NCBI GenBank assembly: GCA_964016885.1
Contig: OZ024742.1
Location: 84,382,001 to 84,446,000, forward strand
Reading direction: 5' to 3'
Source: Eledone cirrhosa
Lineage: Eukaryota
Length of the DNA: 64,000 bases
The notes under the pieces are model-generated. The model had not been told where the DNA came from. It searched no databases and was given only the letters and a program-made list of their open reading frames with translations. Shown piece after piece: positions 27,226-41,119 of this stretch (within the stretch, counting starts at the first letter, position 1; each line of letters starts with the position of its first letter). The position numbers and the translations under genes are program-made.

Positions 27226-27503
27226 CATATATATATATTGTTATACTTTGGGAGGGTCATGTTGCCAATAATATATATATATATATACCAAATAGTTATC
27301 GCTCTGCATGGCTGAATACAATAAATGGAATCTCAGTTTTTCGAATATCAATTCATTTGCAATTATGCAAACAGCATCTTTTAAGCCATGTCAGTAGATT
27401 GAGCCCCTGATCAGGCAGATTTGCATATCAGCAGATAAGCCAGTCAGTTTCATCTATACGAGCGATTGATGGCCGGCTTTGCTAATATGCAGATCTGACT
27501 GAT

Positions 27504-27644
<141 letters not shown>

Positions 27645-30104
27645 CATACATATATATATACACATATATATATATATATATAAATATATGTAAAGTATAT
27701 TGACAGTGATAATCTGTGTTTGTTACAGAAATTGGAAGCTAATCGTAAATTTTCTATATTCTTGTTAATAGGATAGAATGATTTTGAGTGTATTTTAATT
27801 CATCTTTTATTTTCCTTCTATGTTTCACAACTGTCTAATGATGTCTTTATTTCTAGTGCAGAGAAGAATTTGATATATTGTGATAGTAAACGTTCTTTGG
27901 AAAAAAACAAACAATTAAAATCACCAATAGTTACATGAATAATAGTCGTGTCTTTTTCAGTATCTGCAGAATAATGAGGAAATGATTAGTTATATTCCAG
28001 GTGTTAATTTTTACATGCAGTTGTATCTGCTAAAGCTGTGCTACGCCTCAGATTAGTAACGATTAGTTAAAAGTAGGATCTATATGTTCTTCTAGATATT
28101 TACCTCTACATGTGATTTCAAGACGATCATTAATAACGCAAGTTACTTTTAGTTAATCGTCCGGCCTGCAAGCACACTCACGTCTGGAATTGCAGTTGAA
28201 TGTTTTGATTTTTTGTGTTTAACCTATGAGTATCAATTCCAAAATGAGATATCTCTGTTTACTGCGTTGCTGTAGATAAATACATCATAATTACAGCTAG
28301 CTGTGCTTTCAACTCCACACTACAGACAACCAATAAAATCCGTTCATAATACCCTTTTTCAACTCCAACCCTATCACTACTAAGTGCACACAATCAACAA
28401 ATCAAATCGTTTACGGTCATTCAAACCAATACCCCATTTGGCGATGGCAGTGTTCTTTAAATACCACATAAATAACGATCCAGAACTAATATATTTGCCA
28501 GAAATTTTTCTACAGATCTATAATCATGTGTTATGGTGGCAACTTATATAAAAGTGCGTAAAGTTCCACCCACATACTGACAATTTTGGTATGATGCGGT
28601 GGTACAATAGGCATAGTTTACACAGACTCATAAAAGACATATCCAGTATTTTACTTCACATATTTGTCGATTACTTTCAGCCAGAATTTCATAAACACAC
28701 TATTTCGACCGTCTTCCACATTCGCTGTGATTGTGCAATATTAAATAGCTGCATAATTATTTCATCGATGCTTTTCTAATATAGCCCGTTTACTGAGCAA
28801 CACTAAAAAACAGACTAAAATATATCCCGCTGTTTCACCCTTCTGAAATTCAATCCCGAATCAAACATCAATTTCGTAAAATCGAACTAATCGAAGAGAA
28901 TATCTAACACGCCAGGTATTTCGACTCTACTAAGATTATATATTACAAAAATCCAATTCCATGATCGTAAATTTGAAACAAATTAAATAGACAAACCGAT
29001 GTGATATTTACAGCAATTGAAAGAGATTTTTGCGGGTATATTAATAGAGAGTTATAACAAGAAATTGTTTTGTTTTTAAATGAATAGACATCAACATTGA
29101 TTGATGAGCGAAAGGTTGACTTGATCTGGAAAGTTCTCATCTTTTTTTGATGCAGCACTAACGAAAGCCTTTCAAATAGATTTCAGTGTTGGATGAATTA
29201 AATCAACTTTCAATAAATAGGAATACTGTTTGCGGCCAAGTAGAGACCACACATATTTACTAGAGAAACAAAAATGTCATTTCTATTGCCAATATAATTA
29301 CTAACATTGGAGATGAATGCATTTCGATACGATCACTACCTCTACCATTTTTGTTTACCTCTTATACTTCTTTACATACAGTAACCTGTAACACTGACAT
29401 ATGGATTTATATAATGATTGATGAAGAGTTCGATTGCCGAAGGCGACGATAGAATAACGAAATATATTCTTTACAATTACTATTAACGCAGTAAACCGAG
29501 AGAGATAAACATTTTTGTTTTTGGTTGTGTTACTGTTTAGTTCCACGTGGACTCTGACACTGCAGACTTCATCAACGATCATTCTAACCATGACCAGGTT
29601 ATCTTTCTACAGTTTAACAGACTTATATTATTTACTGTTTGCTTCAATTGAAGATGGTTATGTGACATGTGACATACATTTATCGCTTATTAATACTTGC
29701 TAAAGTATTCTTAACTATACCATGATTTGGGAGGGAACATATAGGTCTAATCAACATACATTATCATACTGGAGAAACGAAACGTGATAAAATACGTCGA
29801 TGAGCAAAAACAAACCCTCAAAAGAACCATTAATAGTTCCAATAGGAGTGAACAGGATACATTGCAAAAGAGCTATGATAATAGTTACGTGTAATAAAAT
29901 ACGAACTCAGCTGGAGCCGTTTGAATATACGGAGGATTCTACTTAAAAATGGGCAATATATAATGGCATTAAACTGGCATGCAAGAAAGATTGCACCATA
30001 GTATTGTGCATACGAAAGACACACGTACGCACACATGCATACGTATAACGGCGTATAAATATATGCATATTTTATTCTGTGAGTTTGCTTCTCTCACCCT
30101 TTCG

Positions 30105-30176
<72 letters not shown>

Positions 30177-32088
30177 GCATTCACCGACATACCAACACAT
30201 ACACTGACTCACAGGATCACATATATAGTAGATAATGAAACATTTTCCATTATATCCATTTATCAGTTTGTGCTAAATGGGTTAAACATTTCCATGAGAA
30301 ATAACATTCAATAAACAATCTACCTGCGGGATTTTAGGAAACCATCTCAAAGAAGGTAACGAATTCCTCCTTCTATAATTTTTTTCCAAGAGAGCGTAGG
30401 TTTAGTTATGACTTACTTTAGAAATAAAGCAGAATTGAAAACATGTGAGTTGTAATCAGATTTAAATACTATTAAAAGCGATGACTTCCAGAGAAGTAAA
30501 TATTTTCTTCGAATCTATTTTTGTGTCGGAATAAAAAATAAAAATAAAAACGCTAAAGTAAAAGAAAATAAATAAGAGGATATGTAGAGAAAGGAAGTAC
30601 AAAAGACCTTTTTAAAACAATGGTGAAATATACATAAAAATCATGTTATAAAATTACAAAGTGATAAGGAAAAACATCAACTGAGGGAAGTCTGTCATCT
30701 TTGCGGATTAGTTTGTCATATGAAAAGTAAAACCATAAAAGACAAAAGAACAAAACCAAAATATTTGATAGCAAACTTTGTTTCAAAAATTTATTTTCAG
30801 GCGTCAATAATCTACTTGCATGCAAAAAAACTATGTCATCCTTCAGATTATCGAATATAATTGTGTGTTATCTTGAGGTGCCAAATGGATTACAGGGCGA
30901 AGGATTACTTTATACTTTGAATGTTACAAAGTATTATGCTCATTCAGGTATTTTCAACGAATTAACATTTAGGGTAATGCACTTATATATGTAGATTATA
31001 TTTCTTAAAACATTGCAGAATACAAAGTATTTCAAAGCAAAAACTTGCTATCTATATCTACAAAATAACAACAAACAAACAGTAGCATAATATATTCATA
31101 GTATTTACGAATCATCGGTGGAAGTAAATAAATATTCTCATGAGATACACCGCGAGCTATCAGACATAACATTGTTATTCATCAAGACCATTGAATAGTT
31201 TCCTTTAAGTAAACCCAGCTAACATCCTGTAAATCTGTCATCTTTGTAACACTGTTTTATAGGCATAGTGCAATATATTATATTACCATGACCAATCTAT
31301 TACCATTTGAATGAAACAGAAAAATCAGATAACACCACTTCAAAGATCAAAGGACTGTGGTCTTTTGATGATGGTCACAAACAGAGTTGTTTTATAGATT
31401 AGTGACTTTTTATTTAAATCGTATATTAAGACTTCACATAGATACGAATATTAAGAAATAAATATGTTGTCGCTCTGTAAAAGAAAAGATGTTTCCTCAT
31501 AAATTTGTTACAGAGTCGGTGATTAGACAATAGAGTGGATCAAGTTTATTCTATAGTAAAACAGATTCAAATGACTATATTATTTTCTGTTAACAAGTGC
31601 GTTAGCTCGACATGATGTCGATATTACACTGAGAAACCCCATTAAGATGATATTAACTAAACCAGATGTATGTTAACTGAAAACTAACAAAAATCATAAT
31701 CGCAACAAAATAATTCATATGAAGATTTATTCTTGCTTTTTTAGTGATTACAACTTTATATATATTTATTTGGGTTTGTTGGTTCATCATGGGATAGAAC
31801 TGGTCATTGTGAGGTCAGCCACGATGTAATGTTATGGAAAGCACTCAACGCAATGCAACTACCCGTCTTCGTTTGTGTAGTTGGTGGTGCGAGTACGGAG
31901 TTGATTATTACAAAATAACAGGAGGCATGTTCTGGTGTAAATCCTTGAAAGGTTTATTTTACTATGATCATTTGAATGACCGGGTTCAGTATAAATCCGG
32001 TGACATCATCAGGTAATTCAAAATATAACGAAGGAATATATCAGATAAAAATCTTTGGTGTTTAAATCAGAGACAAGAGGGCGGCTGG

Positions 32089-32152
32089 TATTTTAGCGAC
32101 TTGTATCTACATCGACCGCACTCGAGGGCGGTCGACGTAGATACAAGTCGCT

Positions 32153-32158
<6 letters not shown>
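32089..32158. repeat. Hairpin: 31-bp arms, 8-nt loop
   Basis: tattttagcgacttgtatctacatcgaccgc-actcgagg-gcggtcgacgtagatacaagtcgctaaaata (1 mismatch). Confidence 0.9.
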
Positions 32159-32242
<84 letters not shown>

Positions 32243-32823
32243 CATATATATACACACACACACACATATATATATATATACACACATATACATATATATA
32301 CACGCACATATATATATATATACATATATACATATATATACACACACACACATATATATATATTTGGAGCAAATCATCAGAAAGCCGACTGTCACTGTAA
32401 ATTTCTGGTGTTTATACATTTTGTCATGGTAAGCGAATTGTAATGGTTGGAGGCGGAGGATAGAGGTCATGGCGGGATTAAAGGATGAGGATTCTTAGAA
32501 AAAACAAAATTTATTTAGAGAAAGAAGTTTAGTAGCAGGTTGCAATTGAAATAAACACTATCTTATTCTATAGTACAATTTTGAACAAAAGGTATATCAA
32601 ATAGTTAATCGAAACATCTGTGGAAATAGTAGGTTAGTAGAAAGCACAAGCACGCATGCCAACACACACGCGCCCACGCGCACACACACATACACACGCA
32701 CATAAATACATATATACATATACAGATACCTATATACAGACACACATACACACATACACACAACCACTACCCTTCCCTTATCATGACAAAATGTATAAAT
32801 ACCAGAAATTTACATTGACAGTC

Positions 32824-32874
32824 GGCTTTCTGATGATTTCCTCCGAATGAAACAGTTCTAGTCATGTAGAAGCC
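32824..32874 (+). ncRNA. Type I hammerhead ribozyme
   Basis: GGCTTT-CTGATGA-T TTC ctcc GAA T-GAAACA gttctagtca TGTA-GAAGCC, GUA site at 32868. An inverted partial copy of the upstream part lies at ~32366-32432 (pLTR-like inversion). Confidence 0.75.
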
Positions 32875-33683
32875 ATTTCTATATTAAATTACTTTTACTC
32901 TGCTATGTATTGAGTACCTTACCTACAGTGGTTATCCCCGATTTAACCCGGGATCTACATATATATATATATCTGTCTTGATTTTTTTTAAAATTGAGTT
33001 TGAATTATTTTCCCATATCTTACGTTAATTATTTTCCATTTTGACGTTATAGTCACTTATATATTATGTAATACTGTTGGCTTCTTGCTCACATTAATTT
33101 CTTTATTTTCATTTATATTTATACTCGAACATTTTCCTAGAGTGCTTAAAATTATTTGTGACTAATCCCGGTCTTTTATTAAAAGAAACCAGGATAATAT
33201 TGCTATTTTGCTGAACTCCTTACATTTTGTAGAGTTTTTTCGGAATGACATTCGTCTCATTCTGACATCAACAGCCATGTTTCTCCATGTGTGTTTATTT
33301 TCATAATTCCGCACGAGGTGAACTAGCCTGCTTTTAAATTCCCTTTCTGGCATATTTTGGCAGTGATACTTTTGGTTATCGTGTTGAGCTCTACTGAGGA
33401 ACGATTCCAACCGTGACTAATCCCACTGAAAGGTTTCGTGAAATAGTCTGTTTAAGACGATATAGAGCATTTGTAGTTTTTCCAAATTGAAGTATGAGTA
33501 TTTAAACTTTATTTTATTCTGAGTTAAGACTCTATTAGTTTTTTCCCCGGATTTCACAAAATCTGTGGATAAAATCTCTGTCTTGATATTTTTTTTGGAA
33601 TTGAGTTTGAATTATTTTCCCATATCTTACGTTAATTATTTTCCATTGTGACGTTATAGTCACTTATATATTATGAAATACTT

Positions 33684-33868
33684 GTTTCTACTTTAGGCAC
33701 AAGGCCAGCAATTACCCAGTGCATTACTGGTACTTTTTATTTTATCGACCCCGTAAGGATGAAAGGCAAAGTCAACCTCGGCGGGATTTGAACTCAGATC
33801 GTAAAGGGATGTAACTATGCTGGAAAGCATGGCGTCCGACCCTCTACCGATACTGCCAATCCACCGCC
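33684..33868 (-). mobile_element. tRNA-derived SINE, full length, young
   Basis: Complete head/core/tail; TSD cttatata(t)tatgaaatact. An empty-site paralog is visible at ~33055-33100. Confidence 0.9.
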
Positions 33869-33924
33869 CTCTTATATATGAAATACTGTTGGCTTCTTGC
33901 TCACATTAATTTCTCAATTTTCAT

Positions 33925-34380
<456 letters not shown>

Positions 34381-34401
34381 TGATCATTCTTTTTGTTTTC
34401 T

Positions 34402-34446
34402 ATGCCCCTGAGAAGCCCGTTCTGGGCGAAACGTACGCAGGTGCAT
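34402..34446 (+). ncRNA. Hammerhead motif in 5' pLTR (probably inactivated)
   Basis: ATGCCC-CTGAGAA-GCCC gttct GGGC-GAAAC GTAC GCA-GGTGCAT. It has a C3/A8 mismatch and U16.1->C. Confidence 0.7.
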
Positions 34447-34662
34447 TGTTATATATAATGTTTTAACGGTATATACTCCTTTGTATTCATTTCTTTTGTA
34501 ACCGCTCTGCTTATTTTCTCGCCCACTAAAAACTACCACTTCTAATATTTAACCCTGTAGGCACAATTATTGATCACATTTGCACAAACTATTGGCAACT
34601 AAATATATGTATCGCTTATCTTTCCTTCTGTCTCTCTCTCGATACTTAAACATTCTATTAAT

Positions 34663-37489
34663 GTGCTCCGTATAGTAGAGCACCATACTTTATCTGCCAT
34701 CATGATGGAGAATCAACCGTTACCCATGTCTTTCAAGTGTATCCGCTTACCTAGTAGAAAAACATACCTCAAGCAACTTATAGACGCTACTAACTCGTTT
34801 ATACGGAGAGTAAGATGGAAGGCCTACCACCTTGATAAGGACACCAGTAACCTTCCAGAACGGAAAGAGAGATACGGCCTCAAAACGTACCGAAACCCAC
34901 CGCACAACACCATGCTGGACCTCTTTGAGGAGGACTTGCTAAAATTGATCGGAAACATCAAGTTTAAGAGTAAACGCCAATGCAGTAACCCATTCCCAAC
35001 ATCCATGAACGCACTCATTACCAAGATCAAGAAAGACTCAGACCTCTTCGTTACCTCTAACAAAACCAAGAAGCTGTATAAGATGGACGTGAGCAAGTAC
35101 AAATAATTCATTTATAAAGAACTACACAAAAATTATAAAAAAACACCCATTAATACTTTAAATGACATACATAGGGTAGGGAAGGATATAGTTACTAGCT
35201 TAGACATAGATAAGTACACCATCTCATATGACCCTATGACACCTAGATTCTCTCTTAAGGATCACAAATGTAATTTTAATGAAAACCCCTCTATTAGATT
35301 AATATGCCCCTCTACATCGGATATAGGTAAAATTAGTAAAGTGATCCTAAATAGAGTACTACTAGAACTTAATAGCAAAGCAAAGGTCTGTCTCTGGAGC
35401 AACACCGACCAGGTCATTAATTGGTTCACAGAGTTGCCCGATAAAGCAACTCTCAATTTCATCCAGTTTGACATAGACAGCAACTACGCCTCGATCTCCC
35501 CCATACTCCTAAATAAAGCACTTATCTTAGCTAAGTCTAATACTAGCCTCACTAAAAAAGAGATATATATAGTGCTCGCAGCGCGTAGAACTATTATCCA
35601 GTTCGAAGGCTCCTACTGGACCAGAACCAACCGTCCTGATTACTTCTATACCACGATGGGGTCCAGTGACTCGGCGCAAGTGACCGACCTGGTCGGTATA
35701 TACCTCCTCTATAGACTTAGGGACGAAGTACCGGCTCTACAGGGAGGTGTATATAGGGACGATGCCCTATTTACGGTTAGAAACCATAGCCCCCGCAGGA
35801 TAGAGAACCTTAACTAGCATATACACAGGTTCTTCAAGACATACAGCCTATCCGTGACTATGGACCTCAACCACCAGATAGTCAACTTCCTGGACGTAAC
35901 CCTGGAGTTAAGCACGGGCCTATACAAGCCATACCATAAGCCCAGCGAGATTCTGTCTTATATAAACTATGCATCTAAACACCCTAAGTCTACTCTCAAC
36001 TCCATAGTATATAGCATATCCTCTAGGATCTCGAGGCTCTCCGCCAACGAAGATATCTTCGACCAAGCAGCCGAATACTACAATAAGGCCTTACTAAATG
36101 CCGGATTTAACCGGAGAATCTCCTATATCCTTAAGGCTAGCTCTAGAAACCAACCCAGCATAGGACTAATGCTATATTAAGCCATACCTATAACAGAGTA
36201 CGCTGCGGCCTTGACAGAGTCAAGAACTATAGTATAGAGAACCACACTAAGGAACTTGGCCGCACCGTTAATTGCATGAGTGGCGACCAAGATAACCTAC
36301 AGCACAGTAAGGGTCACCAGATTGGTAACGATACCCGCTGTAGCCTACTAGAATGATTCCCTAACTATAAGATTAGCAACGGCGGTGGCCTATTACCAAT
36401 GCCTCCAACCGGCGTCTAGCCACACTGAGCGGCCACCTGAGCATAAAGCGAAGGGGACGCATAACTGGCTACAGTACAGTAACAACCATAAGTACTGTCA
36501 ACTAGGAAACAAACCCGCGGTAAAGCGGAATCGCCACCGTAATGTCATATGGTTACACGTCCCCTACTCACGGAGTGTGGCCTCCGACATACCGAGGAGA
36601 TTCTTCGAAGCCTTAGCGAAGAATTTCCCACCCAATCATAAATACAGGAAAATACTTAATAGGAACAATATCAACATATTCTTCTCTACCCCTCCCCCCA
36701 ATCTAGCAGACATCATAGGAGCAGCTAATGACAGTAAGATCAGCAAAACACGGCACTTTAGCACATATACATCTAGACCCGACAACAACACTAACAGCCT
36801 TAACGTCTCCCTAACAGCACCCAATAGTGTTGGTGGCTGACCCGACAGACGAAACCGATATAACCAAGGCGAACCGGTGAATATGCTGGTGACACGCACG
36901 GGTCACCCACCGGCAACGGAACGGGCTGCGGCGTGCGGAGGGATAATGGTACCACCCCGCACGCCTCGAGATATAACAGTACCAATGACCGAGAGAGAGA
37001 CATAGAAAACAACATAGGTAGCAATAGTAATGGCCTTACTTTAGAAACTAGGAGCGACCGTGACAGAAAATGAAACTGACGTGACAGTGGTGGCTGCCCT
37101 CTCAGGGGAAACTGCCTGACTGATAAGGTTATTTATAGGTGCAACATAACTAGCCATAATAGAGTTAAACACTATATAGGGGCCAGTTCAAAACGAGATC
37201 TAGAACACATCTCCACTCCTTCAGGAACAAAAAAATAAGGCACTCCACGTCTCTTGCCAATTACGTCACTACATTAAAAGACGCCAACATCAGCTTCTCC
37301 ACACACTGGGATATTGTCGGTAGGGCCGCATCCTACAATTTCAAGAGGAAGTGCGAGCTTTGTCTCATGGAGCTTTACTACATCATAAGAAGACCCTACG
37401 AACTCATAAACAGCAGAGACGAATCAGTCATAAACTTTAAGCACCGAATGCAAGCGTCTTACTTCGGGTGGGAACCGACTGCGGCATGA
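34663..37489 (+). pseudogene. Penelope-like RT + GIY-YIG polyprotein, interrupted; TGA at two conserved Cys positions
   Basis: FIRRVRWKA, LKDHK, RLICP..SDIG, IQFDI, MGSSDSAQ..DLVG, VYRDD, NFLDVTL, PYHKP, K*N*R....CPL.GNC, VIYRC, YIG, CELC. Confidence 0.9.
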
Positions 37490-37543
37490 AAACTATAAAC
37501 TGGGTACCCCTGCCCAAACCATAACACTCCGGAGGACAGTCGG
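37475..37543 (+). promoter_or_regulatory. SECIS-like hairpin candidate (degenerate)
   Basis: Helix CCGACTG/CAGTCGG encloses AUGA...AAA..UGGG/CCCA mini-stem...GGAG. Helix II pairs poorly and the AUGA-AAA spacing is short. Confidence 0.35.
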
Positions 37544-37814
37544 CGTAAGCAAACATCTGTGAACTAAATATGCATCCCCGACCTGGCTCGAACCGGCACT
37601 AGTAAAGCAGCACCCACAAAATAATAACACTAAACATCATCATGTGAACGGGTAAAAAAGCCAGTGGGACTAGATTATTCAAACACCGAATGGAGTTACT
37701 TCCCCTTGCTCTGCGGCAATAACAACACATGTACTTAAGCGAAGACTGAACTCTGATGTGAATTTAACCTTAATCCCCTCCTGGGTCGCGTATTGATCAT
37801 TCTTTTTGTTTTCT

Positions 37815-37859
37815 ATGCCCTTGAGAAGCCCGTTCTGGGCGAAACGTACGTAGGTGCAT
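37815..37859 (+). ncRNA. Minimal type I hammerhead ribozyme, U3:A8 variant, 3' pLTR
   Basis: ATGCCC-TTGAGAA-GCCC gttct GGGC-GAAAC GTAC GTA-GGTGCAT; palindromic loop III, GUA site at 37852. Confidence 0.8.
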
Positions 37860-38107
37860 TGTTATATAAAATGTTTTAACGGTATATACTCCTTTGTATT
37901 CATTTCTTTTGTAGCCGTTCTGATTATTTTCTCGCCCACTAAATATTAACGCTTCTAATATTCAACCCTGTATGCACAAGTATTGAGCACATTTGCACAA
38001 ACTATTGGCAACTAAATATATGTATCACTTATCTTTCCTTCTTTCTCTCTCTCGATACTTAAACATAAACATATATATATATATATATATATATAGGAAC
38101 CAGTAAG

Positions 38108-38201
38108 ACCCCGACAGCTGAGCTCAAGCCGTTTCGACGGCTAATTCTGGACTAAATGAAAATTTATCCTGGTATTTAAATAGCCGATCTTCTCAAGGGG
38201 T
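38108..38201 (-). ncRNA. Hammerhead ribozyme (inverted copy of 41120-41213)
   Basis: Exact reverse complement of the 41120 motif. Confidence 0.8.
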
Positions 38202-38899
38202 AATTCCATATATGGTCAAAGTGATTGTCAAAAATCAGTAGTAATTCTGTGGTTGCAAATTAGTAGGGGAGATGGTGGCTAAACCTGCCAGTAGGAGAAA
38301 GAGGGGAGGGGGTGGAGTAGACCCAATCAAGCGTTGGTAGTGCCAGCTACAGCTGGGCATGAGGTCAAAGAAGATACAGGGGAGGGGGAGGAAGTCGGAA
38401 CGGTAGGTAGAACAATGGGGGGTAGAAATAGGAAAGAAAAAATACTGAGAGTGAAGAAAAGCAAATAAGTGTAAAGAAAAAAGTAAAGTAAATTAAATTC
38501 TACGACCTAGGTGTCAGGCTATTGTTAGGCGAGAATAAAATAAAGAAATAAATAAATAAGTAAATAAATAAATAAATAAATAAATAAGGAAATGAGTAAG
38601 AGAACTAGGTGGGACGGATAAGGCAAGGACCCTTTTAAGAGGTATAAGTACGTAAATGATACGGTGACGGGTCAACAAAAGGGGCCAAAATACTAAAGAG
38701 ACTACCACGAAATAAACAATAAAGGTTTCCATCCCGGGCCAGCAACGACCCAGTGCAGCAAAGTGAACTTGTACGAGATAATAATTCTGAGTCCCGAGAA
38801 AAATATATACTAATGCTAACTCTAAAAGATCTAAAACAAGCTACATGAAAGTTCGTACGAAATAAAGGTAGAATACGGAGAAATAAATTCAGAATCCAC

Positions 38900-40027
38900 C
38901 GTGATGATGGGCTCCTTACCCTTAAAGGGTACAACCCCAGTAGTACAGATCGGGTCCGGAAACAATTAATCAGATTCTTCCTCGACTGGGGATTTAAAAT
39001 AACCCTACAAACGTCCCTGACCCGAGTAAACTTCCTGGACGTAACCCTCGACCTCGAAAACGACCTGTACTACCCATACAGGAAACCTAATGACAATCTG
39101 CACTACATCCAGCGCCGATCAAACCATCCTAGGAACATCACAAACAACCTGGTCAAAAACATCTCCCTCCGCATATCCCGTTTGTCAGCTAATGAGCGGA
39201 TATTCGATGAACATGCGCCTTATTACAACCAGGCCCTCAAGCGGAGTGGTTTCCGGGAGGAAATATCCTACTGTCCAGCTCCCATTAGCGGAACCAGCAG
39301 GAGACACCGCCGCTCACGCAATGTAACATGGTTCAATCCTCCCCACAACGCAGAGGTGACTACCCCCATCGGGAAACTATTCTTTAGGCTCATTGAAAAA
39401 CACTTCCCATTACAACACCGCTACCACAACATAATTAACAAAAATACCATCAAACTCTCTTACAACACTACACCAAACTTCGCACAAAACATCGTCTCCT
39501 CTAACAACAAAAAACTCAACCCCGATGGCAGAAATAACCTAATTAGCAGTGGAGAACCGACGAGGAGGTGTAACTGCCCGGATAGATCTATTTGCCCACT
39601 CGACAATAGATGCAGAGACCGTAATGTGATCTACCAGTGCAACGTGAGGACGGATACCTCCAACAAAGCCTATATAGGACTTACCGCATGTGACTTCAAG
39701 ACCCGGCTATACCAACATAGACATACCTTCCGAAACCCGGCCCGGCGTCACGCCACTACACTTTCGGGCCACATATGGGACCTCAAGGACAACAACATCA
39801 CCTATGATCTCACTTGGAGATTACTGTCCAGAGCCAATTCTTACACGGGAGGACGCTGTCCGTGCAATTTATGCTCGGAGGAAACTTTACAAATGCTGTT
39901 TTCGACGGACCAACTCCTAAACAAGAAAGATGAACTGGTTACCGCATGTAAACATAGATTGCGTAGGACTTACCTCGCCCTCAAACCCCATAATGACCCG
40001 GGGGGGGGGGGGGGGGGGGTAGACTAG
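38900..40027 (+). pseudogene. Penelope-like RT C-terminal part + GIY-YIG endonuclease, open frame but 5'-truncated
   Basis: RDDGL..NFLDVTLDL..PYRKP..SNHP..WFNPP..CNC....CPL..RC..VIYQC..AYIGLT...FKTR..QH..CNLC..CKHR, with no internal stops seen. Confidence 0.9.
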
Positions 40028-41119
40028 GGCTATAACACCCCAGTTGCCGATTTTGCAATGGGTAACCCCTGCTTGCCAAGGAAGACGTAAGATCTTCTTT
40101 GTATTCTTTTATCGCTTCCTTTATTTCCTTCCCCCCTCTCTCCTTTGTCCTTCTACCCCAGCTCTTCTCCTTTGTCGGCGTCTTTTCTCGCCCACCCGAG
40201 GCTGCCCTTTGGCCCCATGTAGCCTTAGTACCCCCACCCCCCTCCCCTAGTCTTTGATAGATTTGGCGGACTCCGCCCTTTATAGCAGTTGGCTTAGACC
40301 CCGGATATTTTCCCCCTTTTTCCGACCGCTCCCACTATTCTCTGTGCCCTCTATATTTCTTAGTGGCACATGCCTTATTTTTTCGTTTCAGTATTTCTTG
40401 CTTCGCTTTTCTTCTGGGCGGGGTGGATTCTGAATTTATTTCTCCGTATTCTACCTTTATTTCGTACGAACTTTCATGTAGCTTGTTTTAGATCTTTTAG
40501 AGTTAGCATTAGTATATATTTTTCTCGGGACTCAGAATTATTATCTCGTACAAGTTCACTTTGCTGCACTGGGTCGTTGCTGGCCCGGGATGGAAACCTT
40601 TATTGTTTATTTCGTGGTAGTCTCTTTAGTATTTTGGCCCCTCTTGTTGACCCGTCACCGTATCATTTACGTACTTATACCTCTTAAAAGGGTCCTTGCC
40701 TTATTCGTCCCACCTAGTTCTCTTACTCATTTCCTTATTTATTTATTTATTTATTTATTTACTTCTTTCTTTCTTTCTTTATTTTATTCTCGCCTAACAA
40801 TAGCCTGACACCTAGGTCGTAGAATTTAATTTACTTTACTTTTTTCTTTACACTTATTTGCTTTTCTTCACTCTCAGTATTTTTTCTTTCCTATTTCTAC
40901 CCCCCATTGTTCTACCTACCGTTCCGACTTCCTCCCCCTCCCCTGTATCTTCTTTGACCTCATGCCCAGCTGTAGCTGGCACTACCAACGCTTGATTGGG
41001 TCTACTCCACCCCTCCCCTCTTTCTCCTACTGGCAGGTTTAGCCACCATCTCCCCTACTAATTTGCAACCACAGAATTACTACTGATTTTTGACAATCAC
41101 TTTGACCATATATGGAATT

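Noticed and set aside
27700-32050. Longest apparently unique region, examined for host exons (e.g. ORF 31834-32016 ending near CAG|GTAATT)
   Set aside because: No recognisable protein similarity or consistent exon chain.
36838-36840. Additional in-frame TGA in element A as selenocysteine
   Set aside because: It lies in a non-conserved, frameshifted linker and does not align to a Cys in the other elements.
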